64,000 nucleotides of DNA from Pseudomonadota bacterium (GCA_049324475.1 JBMOOO010000016.1:71154-135153); one strand, 5' to 3'. Numbered from the stretch's first letter, positions 27,828 through 44,728 are shown. Notes: generated by a model not told the origin, from the sequence alone. Numbers and translations: made by a program.

Positions 27828-28595
27828 ATGAAAACAATACGTTGGGTCGCACTTCCTGCCCTGATCGGGGCCCTGTTTGCCGTATCCGGTTGCCAGTCGC
27901 AGTTGCAGGGACTGACCGAGGAAGACATCTATTACTCGCCCAAGGCTGCCTATGGCGTGCCGCTTTACCTGAGCCCCTTCCGCGGCAAGGTGGACGTCAA
28001 CGAGCGCTGCAACGCCGCCGGCGGTTCCACCACGTTCTGGGACGAACAGGGCCGGTTCTTCCGCATCGACTATCTGAAGATCGATGAGCACCCGATGGCG
28101 CAGGCCCCGCGCTTCGCCTCCGACCAGACCCTGCTCAACGCGGTGATGAACAACTACCTGCGGGAAGTGCTGCCGACCGGCAAGGCCATCGAGGATGTCG
28201 ACACCTCGGTGCGCGAGTTCCTCAAGGATCGCGATCCCCGTTCGCTGTTCGTGATCCTCGACATGAACATCGACACCCATCGTGCCAATACCGGCGGCAA
28301 CGATCCGGAAGTCCGCGGCACCTACTTCTACGGTTTCCTGATCTTCAAGCGCGGCGAGTACGTGTTCGTCCTGCAGCACTACCAGCCCACGCTGATGAAG
28401 GACAAGATGCTCCAGGTGCTGTCCCGCCTTGGCGACAACATGGTTGTTCCGGGCAAGGCCCGCAGCGAAACCGAGCTGGAACGTGCGCGTGCGCAGTGGA
28501 ACAGCGGGATCGGCAACTTCCGTATCGGCGAACAGAAACCGACCGAAACCGAAGACGAAACCGTGACCGTCAACCCCATACGCCCCTGTGAGTAA
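27828..28595 (+). CDS. hypothetical lipoprotein
   Basis: ORF trimmed to ATG 27828. Lipobox LFAVSGC. No family recognised. Confidence 0.6.
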   Translation: MKTIRWVALPALIGALFAVSGCQSQLQGLTEEDIYYSPKAAYGVPLYLSPFRGKVDVNERCNAAGGSTTFWDEQGRFFRIDYLKIDEHPMAQAPRFASDQTLLNAVMNNYLREVLPTGKAIEDVDTSVREFLKDRDPRSLFVILDMNIDTHRANTGGNDPEVRGTYFYGFLIFKRGEYVFVLQHYQPTLMKDKMLQVLSRLGDNMVVPGKARSETELERARAQWNSGIGNFRIGEQKPTETEDETVTVNPIRPCE

Positions 28596-28932
28596 TGCCG
28601 TGCCGATCCGCCAGCTTGTTTATCTCGGACTGGCAGTCGCCGGCCTCGTCCTGACCGGCTATCACAACTTCCAGCACGTGCAGGAGCATGGCGGTACGTT
28701 CTCCGTTGTCGTCTTCATCGACGATGTGTTTGCCAATCACGCATCCTCCTCGATCGGCTGGGACATCACCATCGCCTGCGCCGCTTTCGTGATCTGGATG
28801 CTGCACGAAGCCCGCCGCCTGGGCATGCGCCATGTCTGGATCTACGTGGCCGTGACCTTCCTGATCGCATTCGCGGTGGCTGCACCGCTTTTCCTGTTCA
28901 TGCGCGAGCGTCAGCTGGCACGTACGACCTGA
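28588..28932 (+). CDS. DUF2834-like small membrane protein
   Basis: GTG start 28588 overlaps the upstream stop by 8 nt (GTG 28600 is an alternative). 3-4 TM segments. The family call rests on overall resemblance only. Confidence 0.55.
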   Translation: MSNAVPIRQLVYLGLAVAGLVLTGYHNFQHVQEHGGTFSVVVFIDDVFANHASSSIGWDITIACAAFVIWMLHEARRLGMRHVWIYVAVTFLIAFAVAAPLFLFMRERQLARTT

Positions 28933-28942
28933 GTTCATCGAC

Positions 28943-29635
28943 ATGCTGCAAGGCAACGAGACACTGCCCTCCGTACCGCTCAGACCCGCACCCTGGGACC
29001 TGCAGGGCCAGGGCTGGATCTTCGCGCTGAAACTGCCCGAGGGCGCGCCGGCCCGGAATGACTTCCTGCCGGAAGAGTTTGCCGGCCAGGGGCGCGGTGT
29101 CTCGCTGCTGATGTTTGTGGACTACCGGCATTCGGATTGTGGCCCCTACCATGAACTGCTGTTCATTCCCGGCGCCTATCCTTTCAGCGACGGCCGCCGC
29201 CACATGACCATCAGCCGCATCCTGGTTTCCACCTGGGACAGCGTGGTCAACGGGCGGCGCAACTGGGGTATCCCCAAGGACCGGGCAGATTTCGACGTGT
29301 CGTACAACGAAGACCAGCGCGGTATCGATCACGTTGTCGTCCGCGATGGCAACCGTGTCATGGCCGATCTGAAGATGAAGTCCTGGCCGCTGCCGCTGCC
29401 CGTGTTCGGTGGCATCGTGCCGGAAGCCATGCGCACGCTGGCGCAGCGTTTCGGCAGCGACGATTTCTACTATGCGCCGTCTTCTCGCGGCTGGGTCAGA
29501 CCGGGCAAGCTGCTGTCGTGGCAATTCGATCCGGCACTGTTTCCGGACCTTGCCGGATCCCGGGTACTGGCCGCCGTCAGGATCTCGTCTTTCCGCATGA
29601 CCTTCCCGGTATCGCGCACGCTGCCGGCAACCTGA
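28943..29635 (+). CDS. acetoacetate decarboxylase (ADC)-family protein
   Basis: 230 aa. ...SLLMFVDYRHSDCGPYHELLFIPG... and WGIPK resemble the ADC-like fold family. 10 nt after the previous gene. Confidence 0.6.
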   Translation: MLQGNETLPSVPLRPAPWDLQGQGWIFALKLPEGAPARNDFLPEEFAGQGRGVSLLMFVDYRHSDCGPYHELLFIPGAYPFSDGRRHMTISRILVSTWDSVVNGRRNWGIPKDRADFDVSYNEDQRGIDHVVVRDGNRVMADLKMKSWPLPLPVFGGIVPEAMRTLAQRFGSDDFYYAPSSRGWVRPGKLLSWQFDPALFPDLAGSRVLAAVRISSFRMTFPVSRTLPAT

Positions 29636-29638
29636 TAC

Positions 29639-30406
29639 ATGCATCGCACGGCCATCATCCCTGTCACGGCCACCCTGCTGGGCACCGCCTTGTTTGCCGG
29701 CGCGCTCTGGCACAGCACGCCGGCAGCAGTATCACCGCCGCCGATCGTCCTGCCTGCTCCCGACCCGGGTGAAACGCCCGAGCAGATCGCCGAACGCAAA
29801 CGCCTGTTCATCGCCCTGCTGTTGCCGATCGTGCAGGAAGAAAACCGGCAGCTGCTGGATGACCGCAAGCGGATCAATCGCATTGAGGGCGAGCTGGCCA
29901 GCGAGGACGAAATCAGCCGCGATGACTTCGAATGGCTGAAGCAGATCGCCGAAGACTACGACCTTGACCCCGCCGCGAGGCGCAATCCGGAATTCTTCGA
30001 TTCCCTACGGCGCCGCATCGACATCATCCCGGCCTCCCTGCTGATTGCCCAGGCTGCGCTGGAATCCGGCTGGGGGCGCTCGAATGTCACCCGCGAGTCG
30101 CACAATTTCTTCGGGCACTACTGTTTCGGCAAGGATTGCGGCGTGCCGGCACCCGGTGCCGGCGACCTGCGCGTGTTTGCATCACCGCGCGACAGCGTGC
30201 ACGCCTACATGCACAACCTGAACAGTCATCGCGCCTATGCCGCCATGCGCAAGCAGCGTGGCGCCCTGCGGGCGGCCGGGAAACCGGTGACCGGCAGTGC
30301 CCTGGCACCGCAGCTGGCCGCCTACTCCGAACGCGGCGCGGCCTATGCCGCGGACGTCCTGACCCTGATCCGCGACAACAGGCTGGACCTGCTGGACAAC
30401 CACTGA
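29639..30406 (+). CDS. glucosaminidase-domain protein (Bax-like)
   Basis: N-terminal TM or signal segment. LIAQAALESGWGRSNVTRESHNFFG is typical of the mannosyl-glycoprotein endo-beta-N-acetylglucosaminidase domain. 3 nt after the previous gene. Confidence 0.75.
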   Translation: MHRTAIIPVTATLLGTALFAGALWHSTPAAVSPPPIVLPAPDPGETPEQIAERKRLFIALLLPIVQEENRQLLDDRKRINRIEGELASEDEISRDDFEWLKQIAEDYDLDPAARRNPEFFDSLRRRIDIIPASLLIAQAALESGWGRSNVTRESHNFFGHYCFGKDCGVPAPGAGDLRVFASPRDSVHAYMHNLNSHRAYAAMRKQRGALRAAGKPVTGSALAPQLAAYSERGAAYAADVLTLIRDNRLDLLDNH

Positions 30407-30511
30407 CGGCACCGGACAGATACTGCCAATCCGCTGTCAGTTTCGGTGAATGCGCCGGCAGCACCCGCCGCCTATGATCCTCGCACCCTGCAGACCGCCG
30501 GAGCCATCATC

Positions 30512-30961
30512 ATGGACTTCTCTGCCGAAGCCACCCGTACCGCCATTGCCAAGGGCATCTCTTTCGTCGGCAACAGCGGCCTCGTCGTCGAGGTGCTGGA
30601 AAAAGGCTACACAAGGATGCGCATGCCCTTTGCGCCGAACAAGAACCACGTCGGCACCATGTATGCCGGCGCACTGTTCACGCTCGCCGAATTTCCGGGC
30701 GGCGCGATATTCCTGTCCTCGTTCGACACCACCCGCTTCTATCCGATCGTGCGCGACATGAGCATCCGCTTCCGTCGCCCCGCTACCGGCGACGTCTGGA
30801 TCGAAGTTCGCGTCAGCGACGATTTCGTGCAGAAGGTGCAGGCCGAGGCCGAAGCCAACGGCAAGGCCGATTACGAGTGGGAAAGCGAGATCAAGGATGC
30901 AAGCGGCACGGTGGTAGCCATCTCGAAGAGTATTTTCCAGCTGCGCAAGATCGGCACCTGA
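30512..30961 (+). CDS. hot-dog fold thioesterase-like protein (YiiD_C / DUF4442)
   Basis: ORF 30446 (GTG) trimmed to ATG 30512. ...NKNHVGTMYAGALFTLAEFPGGAIF.... Confidence 0.65.
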   Translation: MDFSAEATRTAIAKGISFVGNSGLVVEVLEKGYTRMRMPFAPNKNHVGTMYAGALFTLAEFPGGAIFLSSFDTTRFYPIVRDMSIRFRRPATGDVWIEVRVSDDFVQKVQAEAEANGKADYEWESEIKDASGTVVAISKSIFQLRKIGT

Positions 30962-30978
30962 GACACTCTCGCACGAAT

Positions 30979-31011
30979 GAAAAAACGGGGGCTGCGGCCC
31001 CCGTCTTTTTT
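30979..31011. terminator. bidirectional rho-independent terminator
   Basis: aaaaaacggggg-ctgcgg-cccccgtctttttt lies between the convergent thioesterase-like gene and hemE. Confidence 0.85.
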
Positions 31012-31015
31012 CCCG

Positions 31016-32080
31016 TCAACGGTGATAACGCGCGCTGAGTTCGTGCACCGCGCCCACAAACACTTTCGCGTGCTCGGGATCGGCAAACTGGGAAATGCCA
31101 TGCCCCAGATTGAACACATGTCCGGAACCCTCACCGAACGAAGCCAGGATAGCACCGACCTCTTCACGGATGCGGGCCGGCGTTCCGTACAGGGCAGATG
31201 GATCCATATTGCCCTGCAGGGCGACACGGCCCCCGACACGGCGGCGCGCATCGCCGATGTCCGTGGTCCAGTCGATGCCCAGAGCGTCGGCACCGGCATC
31301 CGCCATTGCTTCCAGCCACTGACCGCCACCCTTGGTGAACAGGATCACGGGCACGCGGCGGCCGGCATGCTCGCGTAGCAGACCGGAGACGATTCGCTGC
31401 ATGTATGCCAGCGAGAATTCGCGGTAGGCGGCAGCACTCAGGTTGCCACCCCAGGTGTCGAAAATCTGTACCGCCTGCGCGCCAGCCCGGATCTGTGCGT
31501 TCAGATAATCCGTCACCGTTCTCGCCAGCTTGTCCAGCAACGCATGCAGCACTTCCGGCTGCGAATACAGCATGGTCTTGATGTGGCGGAATTCCTTCGA
31601 GGAGCCGCCCTCGACCATGTAGGTCGCCAGGGTCCATGGGCTTCCCGAGAAGCCGATCAGGGGAACACGACCGCCCAGTGCAGCACGGATAGTGCGTACG
31701 CAGTTCATCACATAGCCCAGATCCCGTTCCGCATCGGGTATCGGCAGGGCCGACACATCCGCCTCACTGCGTACGCTCTTGCGGAAACGCGGACCCTCGC
31801 CTTCCTCGAAGAAAAGCCCCAGCCCCATGGCATCCGGCACGGTCAGGATGTCGCTGAACAGGATGGCGGCATCCAGCGGGAAACGCTCCAGTGGCTGCAG
31901 CGTGACCTCACAGGCAAAGGATGCGTCCCGGCACAGACTGAGAAAGTCGCCGGCCTTGCTGCGGGTGGCCCGGTATTCCGGCAGATAACGGCCGGCCTGC
32001 CGCATCATCCATACCGGCGTCACGTCTACCGGTTGGCGCATCAGCGCCCGCAGGAAACGGTCGTTCTTCAGCTCGCTCAT
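31016..32080 (-). CDS. hemE: uroporphyrinogen decarboxylase
   Basis: ORF trimmed to ATG 32080. [36 protein letters not shown]. Confidence 0.96.
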   Translation of the reverse strand: MSELKNDRFLRALMRQPVDVTPVWMMRQAGRYLPEYRATRSKAGDFLSLCRDASFACEVTLQPLERFPLDAAILFSDILTVPDAMGLGLFFEEGEGPRFRKSVRSEADVSALPIPDAERDLGYVMNCVRTIRAALGGRVPLIGFSGSPWTLATYMVEGGSSKEFRHIKTMLYSQPEVLHALLDKLARTVTDYLNAQIRAGAQAVQIFDTWGGNLSAAAYREFSLAYMQRIVSGLLREHAGRRVPVILFTKGGGQWLEAMADAGADALGIDWTTDIGDARRRVGGRVALQGNMDPSALYGTPARIREEVGAILASFGEGSGHVFNLGHGISQFADPEHAKVFVGAVHELSARYHR

Positions 32081-32117
32081 CGTCACGCAACCCCGCAAAC
32101 AAACCGGCCCTGAAAAC

Positions 32118-32145
32118 AGAAAAGGCACGTTACCGTGCCTTTTCT
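32118..32145 (-). terminator. rho-independent terminator downstream of gltD
   Basis: 12-bp perfect stem agaaaaggcacg / cgtgccttttct, 4-nt loop, followed on the minus strand by GTTTTC. Confidence 0.7.
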
Positions 32146-32158
32146 GCGCATGCACCCC

Positions 32159-38060
<5,902 letters not shown>

Positions 38061-38139
38061 CGACCTTTCCTCAGAAAAATCAGTAAGTTGCGAACTGGTC
38101 GCGGAAGGCGGGGAAGAGGCCCCGGCCAAAAGGCGGGAC

Positions 38140-38168
38140 ATTCTACATGAGCCCCCGGAGGCCCACAA
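38140..38168 (-). promoter_or_regulatory. putative gltB promoter TTGTGG-17-TAGAAT
   Basis: Minus strand: -35 (38168-38163) and -10 (38145-38140), leaving a leader of about 73 nt. Confidence 0.4.
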
Positions 38169-38227
38169 ACGCCATGGACAACAGGGACTTGGAGGGTTTC
38201 CGGGCCCGGTCGTGAGGCGCCGGAGGG

Positions 38228-39577
38228 TCAGTCCTTGCGGCGTCGCAGTTCGTCCTGGATGCCTTGCAGGCTTCGTGCCCAGGGCTGCAGCTTGCGCAGA
38301 TCGGCCGGCAAGCGGGCAACCGCCGCCTTTGCCTCTTCCTTGCTGCCGTACACCCCGGTCACCGCGACGTACCAGGGCAGATCCTCACGCAGGGTCCGGA
38401 ACATCCGGATGCCGACGCCGGGATGGCGGGCGGCGAAATCGCGCACGGCACGCTCGTTGAAGCTGGCGAACAACTGCAGGGTGTAGCGGGAGGCCTTTTC
38501 CTTGAGCAACGCCCCCTCGTCCGCCGTGAAACGTCGTACGGCCGGCGCTGCCGGCTGCGGAGCCGGCCCGCTCACGGCCGCCGGAGCCGGCGGCACGACC
38601 GGCACGGGAGCGGCCGCAGGCACTGGTGCCGGTGCCGAAACGGCAGCCGGCGCAGACGGCGGTGGCAGGGAAAGCGTCTGCTCGCCTGGACGATCCGGCA
38701 CCTCCGTCGCCACCACCGGTCTCGGTACCGCAACCGAAGACAGCCGCGTACCCGGCACGTCCGCGGCAACCGCCGTCGCATGCTCTCCCGGAGAGGGCAG
38801 AGGCACGGCGATCTCACCGCCCGCCTCCGGAGCGGCAGCCGGCGTCGAGGCAGTCAGATGCGACAGCAGCCACAGGAGCAGGACCGCCGCCACGCCGGCA
38901 AAAAACAGATGCCAGAACGGCAGTCCGCCCGGGAACCATGCATTCCGGGTCGCCGCGCCGGCGGCCAGCAACTTCACCAGATTGCCGGGCAATCCCGCCG
39001 ACTCCCGATGCAATCGCTCGACGGTCCGGTGTGACGGCAATTCATCTTCGTCACCGACAGCCAGCCAGGCCGCAATGAAGTCCTCGCTCTCCTCCCCGGA
39101 CAGCGCGGGCAGGGTCACCGCAGCCGCGGCGTCAGCCACCAGCGCCGCGTCGCCTGCAAGCACCAGCGGCACCTGGTTGCCATGACAGAACTCGGCCACC
39201 ACCCGGCGCGGTTGTTCGCCGAGCTCATGCGCATCGTCCACGATCAGCACCGGCTGCCGGCCGCTTTCGCGGATGAACTGTATGGCATCCTCCAGTGCCG
39301 GAGCCGCACCACTGCGGAAAGCATCCGGCAGCAGGGCACGCGACAATTCCGACAGGCACTGATCGGCACTCATCAGGATATCGCCGGTAATCGCCGCAAT
39401 CGCCAGCACATCCGGATCGGCCTCGGCCTGGAACCGGTGTATCAGTGCCGTACGGCCGCTGCCGGACAGACCGGTCAGGGCAACAACGCCCTTGTTCGCG
39501 TGGACATGCCCGAACAGCGCATCCAGCGCCGCACGGCGGCCGCCACCCTCGTAGAAAAAATCCGGGCCCGCGCTCAT
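38228..39577 (-). CDS. AAA-ATPase-like (ExeA-type) + SPOR domain protein (DamX-like position)
   Basis: N-terminal P-loop-like [10 protein letters not shown] and IVDDAH. One TM. Long Pro/Ala linker. C-terminal SPOR ([17 protein letters not shown]...[19 protein letters not shown]). ATGA overlap with aroB. Confidence 0.75.
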   Translation of the reverse strand: MSAGPDFFYEGGGRRAALDALFGHVHANKGVVALTGLSGSGRTALIHRFQAEADPDVLAIAAITGDILMSADQCLSELSRALLPDAFRSGAAPALEDAIQFIRESGRQPVLIVDDAHELGEQPRRVVAEFCHGNQVPLVLAGDAALVADAAAAVTLPALSGEESEDFIAAWLAVGDEDELPSHRTVERLHRESAGLPGNLVKLLAAGAATRNAWFPGGLPFWHLFFAGVAAVLLLWLLSHLTASTPAAAPEAGGEIAVPLPSPGEHATAVAADVPGTRLSSVAVPRPVVATEVPDRPGEQTLSLPPPSAPAAVSAPAPVPAAAPVPVVPPAPAAVSGPAPQPAAPAVRRFTADEGALLKEKASRYTLQLFASFNERAVRDFAARHPGVGIRMFRTLREDLPWYVAVTGVYGSKEEAKAAVARLPADLRKLQPWARSLQGIQDELRRRKD

Positions 39578-40665
39578 GCCGGCTCCGCGGGCTGCAGGAA
39601 GGCGGTCAACGTTTCCTGCAGCAGTTCCGGACGGAATTCGTCCGTGATCACGGCCCGGCCGATGGCCTGCAGCAGCACCAGCCGGATGCGCCCGCTGATG
39701 TTCTTCTTGTCGACCTGCATGTGCTCAAGGAATTCTGCCGGCGATACGCCGGGGGGCGTGACCGGCAAACCGGCGCGTTGCAGCAGATCGCACACACGCG
39801 CCACATCACGCCTGTCCAGCCAGCCCAGACGGGCCGACAGATCCGACGCCATGACCATGCCGGCCGCCACCGCCTCGCCGTGCAGCCAGACGCCGTAACC
39901 GCAGCCGGTTTCGATGGCGTGACCGAACGTGTGGCCCAGATTGAGCGTGGCGCGCTCACCGGTCTCACGCTCGTCAGCTGCCACGACTTCCGCCTTGTTG
40001 CGACAGGAACGCTCGATGGCCTCCACCAGTACCGGCGTATCGCGGGCCATCAGCGCGGCCATGTTCCGTTCGAGCCAGACAAAGAATTCCGGATCCCGGA
40101 TCAGGCCATACTTCACCACTTCGGCAACGCCGGCAGAGAACTCGCGCGACGGCAGTGTGGCCAGCGTATCGACGTCGATGATGACTGCTTTCGGCTGATG
40201 GAAAGCGCCGATCATGTTCTTGCCCCGGGGATGGTTCACCCCGGTCTTGCCGCCCACCGAGGAATCCACCTGGGCCAGCAGGGTGGTCGGCACCTGGATG
40301 AAATCCACGCCCCGCTGGTAGCAGGCTGCGGCGAATCCGGTCATGTCGCCAACCACACCACCACCCAGCGCGACCAGTGTCGTGCTGCGATTATGTTTTT
40401 TGGCCAGCAGCGCGTCGAAAACCGGCTCGAGCCCGCCCAGGGTCTTGCCGGCCTCACCATCCGGCAACACCACGGAATCCACCTGTTTGCCAGCTGCACG
40501 CAACGCCGCCTCGACACGTGCCAGATACAACGGCGCAACGCGGTCATTGCTGACCACGAATGCCTGCCGGCCGGCAACGGCATACAACGCCTGACGATCG
40601 ATCAGGCCGCTGCCGACATGGATGGGGTACGCACGGTCGCCGAGACCGACGGTCAGGGTTTTCAC
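39574..40665 (-). CDS. aroB: 3-dehydroquinate synthase
   Basis: ORF trimmed to GTG 40665 ((M)[17 protein letters not shown]). [25 protein letters not shown]. Confidence 0.93.
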   Translation of the reverse strand: MKTLTVGLGDRAYPIHVGSGLIDRQALYAVAGRQAFVVSNDRVAPLYLARVEAALRAAGKQVDSVVLPDGEAGKTLGGLEPVFDALLAKKHNRSTTLVALGGGVVGDMTGFAAACYQRGVDFIQVPTTLLAQVDSSVGGKTGVNHPRGKNMIGAFHQPKAVIIDVDTLATLPSREFSAGVAEVVKYGLIRDPEFFVWLERNMAALMARDTPVLVEAIERSCRNKAEVVAADERETGERATLNLGHTFGHAIETGCGYGVWLHGEAVAAGMVMASDLSARLGWLDRRDVARVCDLLQRAGLPVTPPGVSPAEFLEHMQVDKKNISGRIRLVLLQAIGRAVITDEFRPELLQETLTAFLQPAEPA

Positions 40666-40696
40666 GAACGGGAGGTTCCGCAGACGGAGCGGGTGA

Positions 40697-41224
40697 TTAT
40701 CCGGCCGCCTCCCGGCGCAGACAACCAACGATCGCGGCAACCGCCTCCCGGACATTCCCCGCGTTGGTATCGACCTCCAGGTGGGCGACTTCCCGGTACA
40801 GAGGCCCCCGCTCGCGCAGAAGGCGCTCAAAGACACCCCGGCGGTCATCCGTCCGCAGCAGAGGCCTGTTGCGGTCACGGGCCGTCCTGGCCAGCAACTG
40901 GTCTATGCCGGCAGAGAGATAGACGACGAAACCGCGCTCATGCAGCAGCGCCCGGTTGTCCGCATTCAGGACAGCGCCACCGCCGGTGGCGAGTACGATA
41001 TTCGGGCGGGTCGTCAGGTCATCAATGGCCTGGGCTTCACGACGACGGAAGCCTTCCTCACCCTCGACCTGGAAGATCCACGGAATATCGGCACCGGTAC
41101 GGGCCTCGATCTCGTGGTCGGAATCCACGAAGGTGTAGCCGAGCGCCTGCGCCAGCTGGCGACCCACGGTGGTTTTGCCCGCCCCCATGGGTCCAACCAG
41201 AAAAACGCTCGGCTCACCCTCCAT
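40697..41224 (-). CDS. aroK: shikimate kinase
   Basis: [27 protein letters not shown]. Confidence 0.95.
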   Translation of the reverse strand: MEGEPSVFLVGPMGAGKTTVGRQLAQALGYTFVDSDHEIEARTGADIPWIFQVEGEEGFRRREAQAIDDLTTRPNIVLATGGGAVLNADNRALLHERGFVVYLSAGIDQLLARTARDRNRPLLRTDDRRGVFERLLRERGPLYREVAHLEVDTNAGNVREAVAAIVGCLRREAAG

Positions 41225-41246
41225 TACGCTTGCAACCGCACTCCGG

Positions 41247-43415
41247 TCAATTCTTGGCGGTCAGTTCTTTCACGATCCGCGGAGTGATGAAGATCAGCAA
41301 CTCGGCCTTGTTCTCGCGCCGGACATCCTTGCGGAAGAAGCGGCTCAGCACCGGCAGGTCGCCCAGGAACGGCGTCTTGATCACGGCATTGGCGCTTTCC
41401 GTCTTGAAGATGCCGCCCAGCACCAGCGTATCGCCGTCGTTCACCAGCACCACCGTCTGCAGGCGGTTGGTCGCGATCAGCGGCAGGTTGTCCGGGGTGA
41501 AGCCCGACAGCGAATCGTTGTTGACGGTCAGCGACATGATGATCTTGCCGTCCGGCGTGATCTGCGGCTTGACCTTGAGCTTCAGCTCGGCGTCCTTGAA
41601 CGACGTGGTGGTCGCACCGCTGGAGGAAGCCTCCTGATAGGGAACCTGGGTACCGGAAGCGATCAGGGCCTCCTGCTGGTCGGTAGTCAGCACTTTCGGC
41701 GTGGCCACGATCTCGCCGTGACCGTCAGATGCCAGGGCCGACAGTTCAAGCTCCAGCAGGTTGCTGTCCAGATCCATCAGACCGATCGCGAGCTTGGATG
41801 CACCGGCACTGGTGACGCCCATGTCAACCGCCAGCAGACCCGGATCCTCGATCTTGCGGGTACCGGCCTGCCCCATCGTATTCGGAGCCGCCTCGCCGGA
41901 CGCTGCCCACTGGTTCAGCACGTCGGAGGTGGAGCCACCAAGAGCCACGCCCTTGTCGCCATCGTAGAGTGATTGCGACACACCCCACTTGACGCCCAGC
42001 TCCTTGGCGAACTCCGTGGTTGCCAGAACGATACGTGCCTCGATCAGCACCTGGCGCACGGCGACATCCAGCCGGCCGATGATGTCGCGGATCTCTTCCA
42101 GCTTTTTGGCAGTCTCGACAATGATCAGGGTGTTGGTACGGTCATCAACCGAGATCGAACCGCGGCTGGTCAGCACGCTCTTGTCGGCCTTCAGCAGCTT
42201 GGCAATGTCGACAGCCGTGGCGTAGTTGATCTGCACGAACTCCGAACGCAGCGGAGCCAGCGCCTGTGCCTGCTGGAACGCCTCCAGCTCAAGGCGCTCA
42301 CGGGCAGCGATCTCGTCAGCCGGTGCAACCAGCAGTACGTTGCCGATCTGGCGCTTGTCGAGGCCCTTGGTCTTGAGCACCAGATCAAGTGCCTGGTCCC
42401 ACGGCACATTCTGCAGGCGCAGGGTGATGCGACCGCTGACCGTATCGGAGGCCACCAGGTTGAGCGAGGTGAAATCGGCAATCAGCTGGAGGACGCTGCG
42501 TACTTCGATGTCCTGGAAGTTGAGCGACAGCTTCTCACCGCTGTACAGGAAGTTGTCCTTGACGCGCTTCTGCTGATCAGCAACGGTGATCGGCTTGACG
42601 CCGATGATCATTTCCTTGTCGGCCTGGTAGGCCAGGTAGTCATATTGCCCCTTCGGCTGGATGACCATGACGACGTTTTCACCCGACGTCGACGTCGAGA
42701 TGTTGGTCACCGGGGTGGCGAAGTCGGTCACGTCCAGCTTGCGGCGCAGGGTTTCCGGCAGCGTGGCGCCCAGGAATTCAACAATGATGCGGCCGCCGTC
42801 CTGGCGCACATCCACCGGGATGGCCGCGGAAGACATGCTGACAACCACCTGGCCTTCGCCGTCGCCGGTGCGGCGGAAGTCGATGCCGGCGATGCCGCGA
42901 CCGGTAACCTTGGCCTTGATGCCGCTGCCCGGCGTGGACGTCACCACTGCAGCGCCCGAGGAAGACGGTGCCGCGGCGGCAGTGGCCGGCTGGGCCTGGT
43001 CACCGATGGTGATCACCAGGGTGTTGCCCTCGGTGCGGGTGTTGTAGCCCACCAACTCGTTCAGGTTGATGATGACCCGGGTGCGGTCACGGGCTTCAAC
43101 AACCGTCATGCTGCGGGCGTTGCCCGTACCCAGGTTGTGATGCTTGCTTTCCAGCTTGCTCTTGGCACCGACCAGATCCAGCGCGATGCGCGCCGGCTTC
43201 TCGATGGCGTAGCCCGTCGGCTGGGGCGGCGTCGCGTTGAAGCCGAGCCGCACTTCCATCTGGTTGCCCGGAAGTGCCGCAAATTCCAGCTTCTCGACAG
43301 CAACCTCTTCCGCCCAGGAGGTGCCGGCGAACATCGCAGCCAGACCCAGCAGCAGTGCCTTTATCGTAGTTTTCATGACCCCACCCGCACCTCGATGAAT
43401 TCGTTCCGGTTTCAT
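41247..43415 (-). CDS. pilQ: type IV pilus secretin
   Basis: Start taken as ATG 43415 (GGAGGA 6 nt upstream). ATG 43376 ([22 protein letters not shown]) is an alternative. AMIN-like N-terminus. Secretin C-terminus ...[30 protein letters not shown]. Confidence 0.93.
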   Translation of the reverse strand: MKPERIHRGAGGVMKTTIKALLLGLAAMFAGTSWAEEVAVEKLEFAALPGNQMEVRLGFNATPPQPTGYAIEKPARIALDLVGAKSKLESKHHNLGTGNARSMTVVEARDRTRVIINLNELVGYNTRTEGNTLVITIGDQAQPATAAAAPSSSGAAVVTSTPGSGIKAKVTGRGIAGIDFRRTGDGEGQVVVSMSSAAIPVDVRQDGGRIIVEFLGATLPETLRRKLDVTDFATPVTNISTSTSGENVVMVIQPKGQYDYLAYQADKEMIIGVKPITVADQQKRVKDNFLYSGEKLSLNFQDIEVRSVLQLIADFTSLNLVASDTVSGRITLRLQNVPWDQALDLVLKTKGLDKRQIGNVLLVAPADEIAARERLELEAFQQAQALAPLRSEFVQINYATAVDIAKLLKADKSVLTSRGSISVDDRTNTLIIVETAKKLEEIRDIIGRLDVAVRQVLIEARIVLATTEFAKELGVKWGVSQSLYDGDKGVALGGSTSDVLNQWAASGEAAPNTMGQAGTRKIEDPGLLAVDMGVTSAGASKLAIGLMDLDSNLLELELSALASDGHGEIVATPKVLTTDQQEALIASGTQVPYQEASSSGATTTSFKDAELKLKVKPQITPDGKIIMSLTVNNDSLSGFTPDNLPLIATNRLQTVVLVNDGDTLVLGGIFKTESANAVIKTPFLGDLPVLSRFFRKDVRRENKAELLIFITPRIVKELTAKN

Positions 43416-43432
43416 ATGCAATCCTCCGGGCA

Positions 43433-43981
43433 TCACTCGCCTTCCAGACGGATCGTACGCGGCCGCTCAACCCAGCCGTCGTGACCGTCAGGAACGATTT
43501 CGACCACGGATACCCGGGTCTCTTCAACCGAGATGACCCGACCGAAATTCTTGCCCATGTAGTTGCCGACCTTGACCTGCTGGGTCGATCCACTGCCGTC
43601 CCGTATCAGCGCGACCAACGGGCCGTTGGCACGCGCGATGGTGCCTACCATACGCAGCGCTTCGATGTTGAACTGCTCCAGGTACTCGCGCGGACGCGTC
43701 AGGTCCGGCGCGACCGTCTTGATCTCGGTTTCCGGCAGCATGGCCTCATCCGAAGGCGGCAGGAACGGGCTACGCAATTTGTGCGCCGCATAGGTGAACG
43801 TGGGCTGTGCCTTGAATTCCGGCGGCGGCTGGATGGCGCCACGCGGGCGCTGCTTGATCTCTTCCAGCGTATTGCGCAGATCCGAAAATTCGCCGTCCGA
43901 CGAGCAGCCGGAAACCAGTGCGGCCAGCAACAGGGCCACAGGAACCCTGCGGGAGAAACAAGCGAGATTGAGGCCCGTCAT
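43433..43981 (-). CDS. pilP: type IV pilus assembly lipoprotein
   Basis: Lipobox LVSGC. PilP-like core. ATGA overlap with the pilO stop. Confidence 0.85.
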   Translation of the reverse strand: MTGLNLACFSRRVPVALLLAALVSGCSSDGEFSDLRNTLEEIKQRPRGAIQPPPEFKAQPTFTYAAHKLRSPFLPPSDEAMLPETEIKTVAPDLTRPREYLEQFNIEALRMVGTIARANGPLVALIRDGSGSTQQVKVGNYMGKNFGRVISVEETRVSVVEIVPDGHDGWVERPRTIRLEGE

Positions 43982-44712
43982 TTCGCGTCACCCTTTTCTG
44001 CCGGCTTCTTGGCTTTCTTGCCTTTGCCCTTGCCTTTGCCCTTGCCCTTGCCGTCCGTCTCGGCTTCCGACGCATCGCTGTAGCGATAGGTCTTCGCCGT
44101 GATGGTCATCTGCAGCAGGCGGGGGCCACGATCAGCAGCGCCCTTCCTGGCCTTGCCGCCAGCAGTCGGATTCTGGGCGACGATCTTGAAATCATGCAGC
44201 GTCACGATCCGCGGCAACGCGGCAACGCCGCTGACGAAGGCCCCGAAGCCGTGATAGTCGCCGTTGACGACGATGCTGATGGGCAGCTCGGCATAGAATT
44301 CCTTGCGCGTCTCGATCCCCAGATCGATCGACGCGAATTCCAGGCCGCTGCCCAGACCGGTATGGGTAATGTCTTCCAGCAGGCTCGGCACTTCCGTGTC
44401 TTTCGGCAGTTGCCGAAGCAGGGCGCCGAACGCCTCTTCCATGTCCGCCAGCTGTTTCTTGTAGGCATCCAGGTTCATGGCCTTGAATGCCTTTTCCTCG
44501 TAATCCTTGAGCAATTCGGCCTGGCGATTCTTGGCGGCTTCCATTTCCGAATTGCTTTTGGAAATGAACATCAGATAGGTGGCCAGAAACACGACCGCAA
44601 TCGCAACCACGTAAAAGACAGCCTTGACCGCAACCGGCCAGCTGCCCGGGTTGTTCATGTTCACGCCCTTGAAAGAGGCGAGAAACTCCTGGAACTTGGC
44701 TTCGACGCTCAT
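43978..44712 (-). CDS. pilO: type IV pilus assembly protein PilO with Lys/Gly-rich C-terminal tail
   Basis: One TM, a coiled coil and a PilO core (LPKDTEVPSLLEDIT...HGFGAFVSGVAALPRIVTLHDF). Tail DGKGKGKGKGKGKKAKKPAEKGDAK. Confidence 0.85.
   Translation of the reverse strand: MSVEAKFQEFLASFKGVNMNNPGSWPVAVKAVFYVVAIAVVFLATYLMFISKSNSEMEAAKNRQAELLKDYEEKAFKAMNLDAYKKQLADMEEAFGALLRQLPKDTEVPSLLEDITHTGLGSGLEFASIDLGIETRKEFYAELPISIVVNGDYHGFGAFVSGVAALPRIVTLHDFKIVAQNPTAGGKARKGAADRGPRLLQMTITAKTYRYSDASEAETDGKGKGKGKGKGKKAKKPAEKGDAK
44017..44052 (-). repeat. hexanucleotide simple repeat (6 x [ct]ttgcc) encoding (GK)6 in the pilO tail
   Basis: cttgcc tttgcc cttgcc tttgcc cttgcc cttgcc on the + strand. Unit length 6, so copy-number change stays in frame. 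Confidence 0.9.
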
Positions 44713-44728
44713 CCGGTGCGCTCCACTC

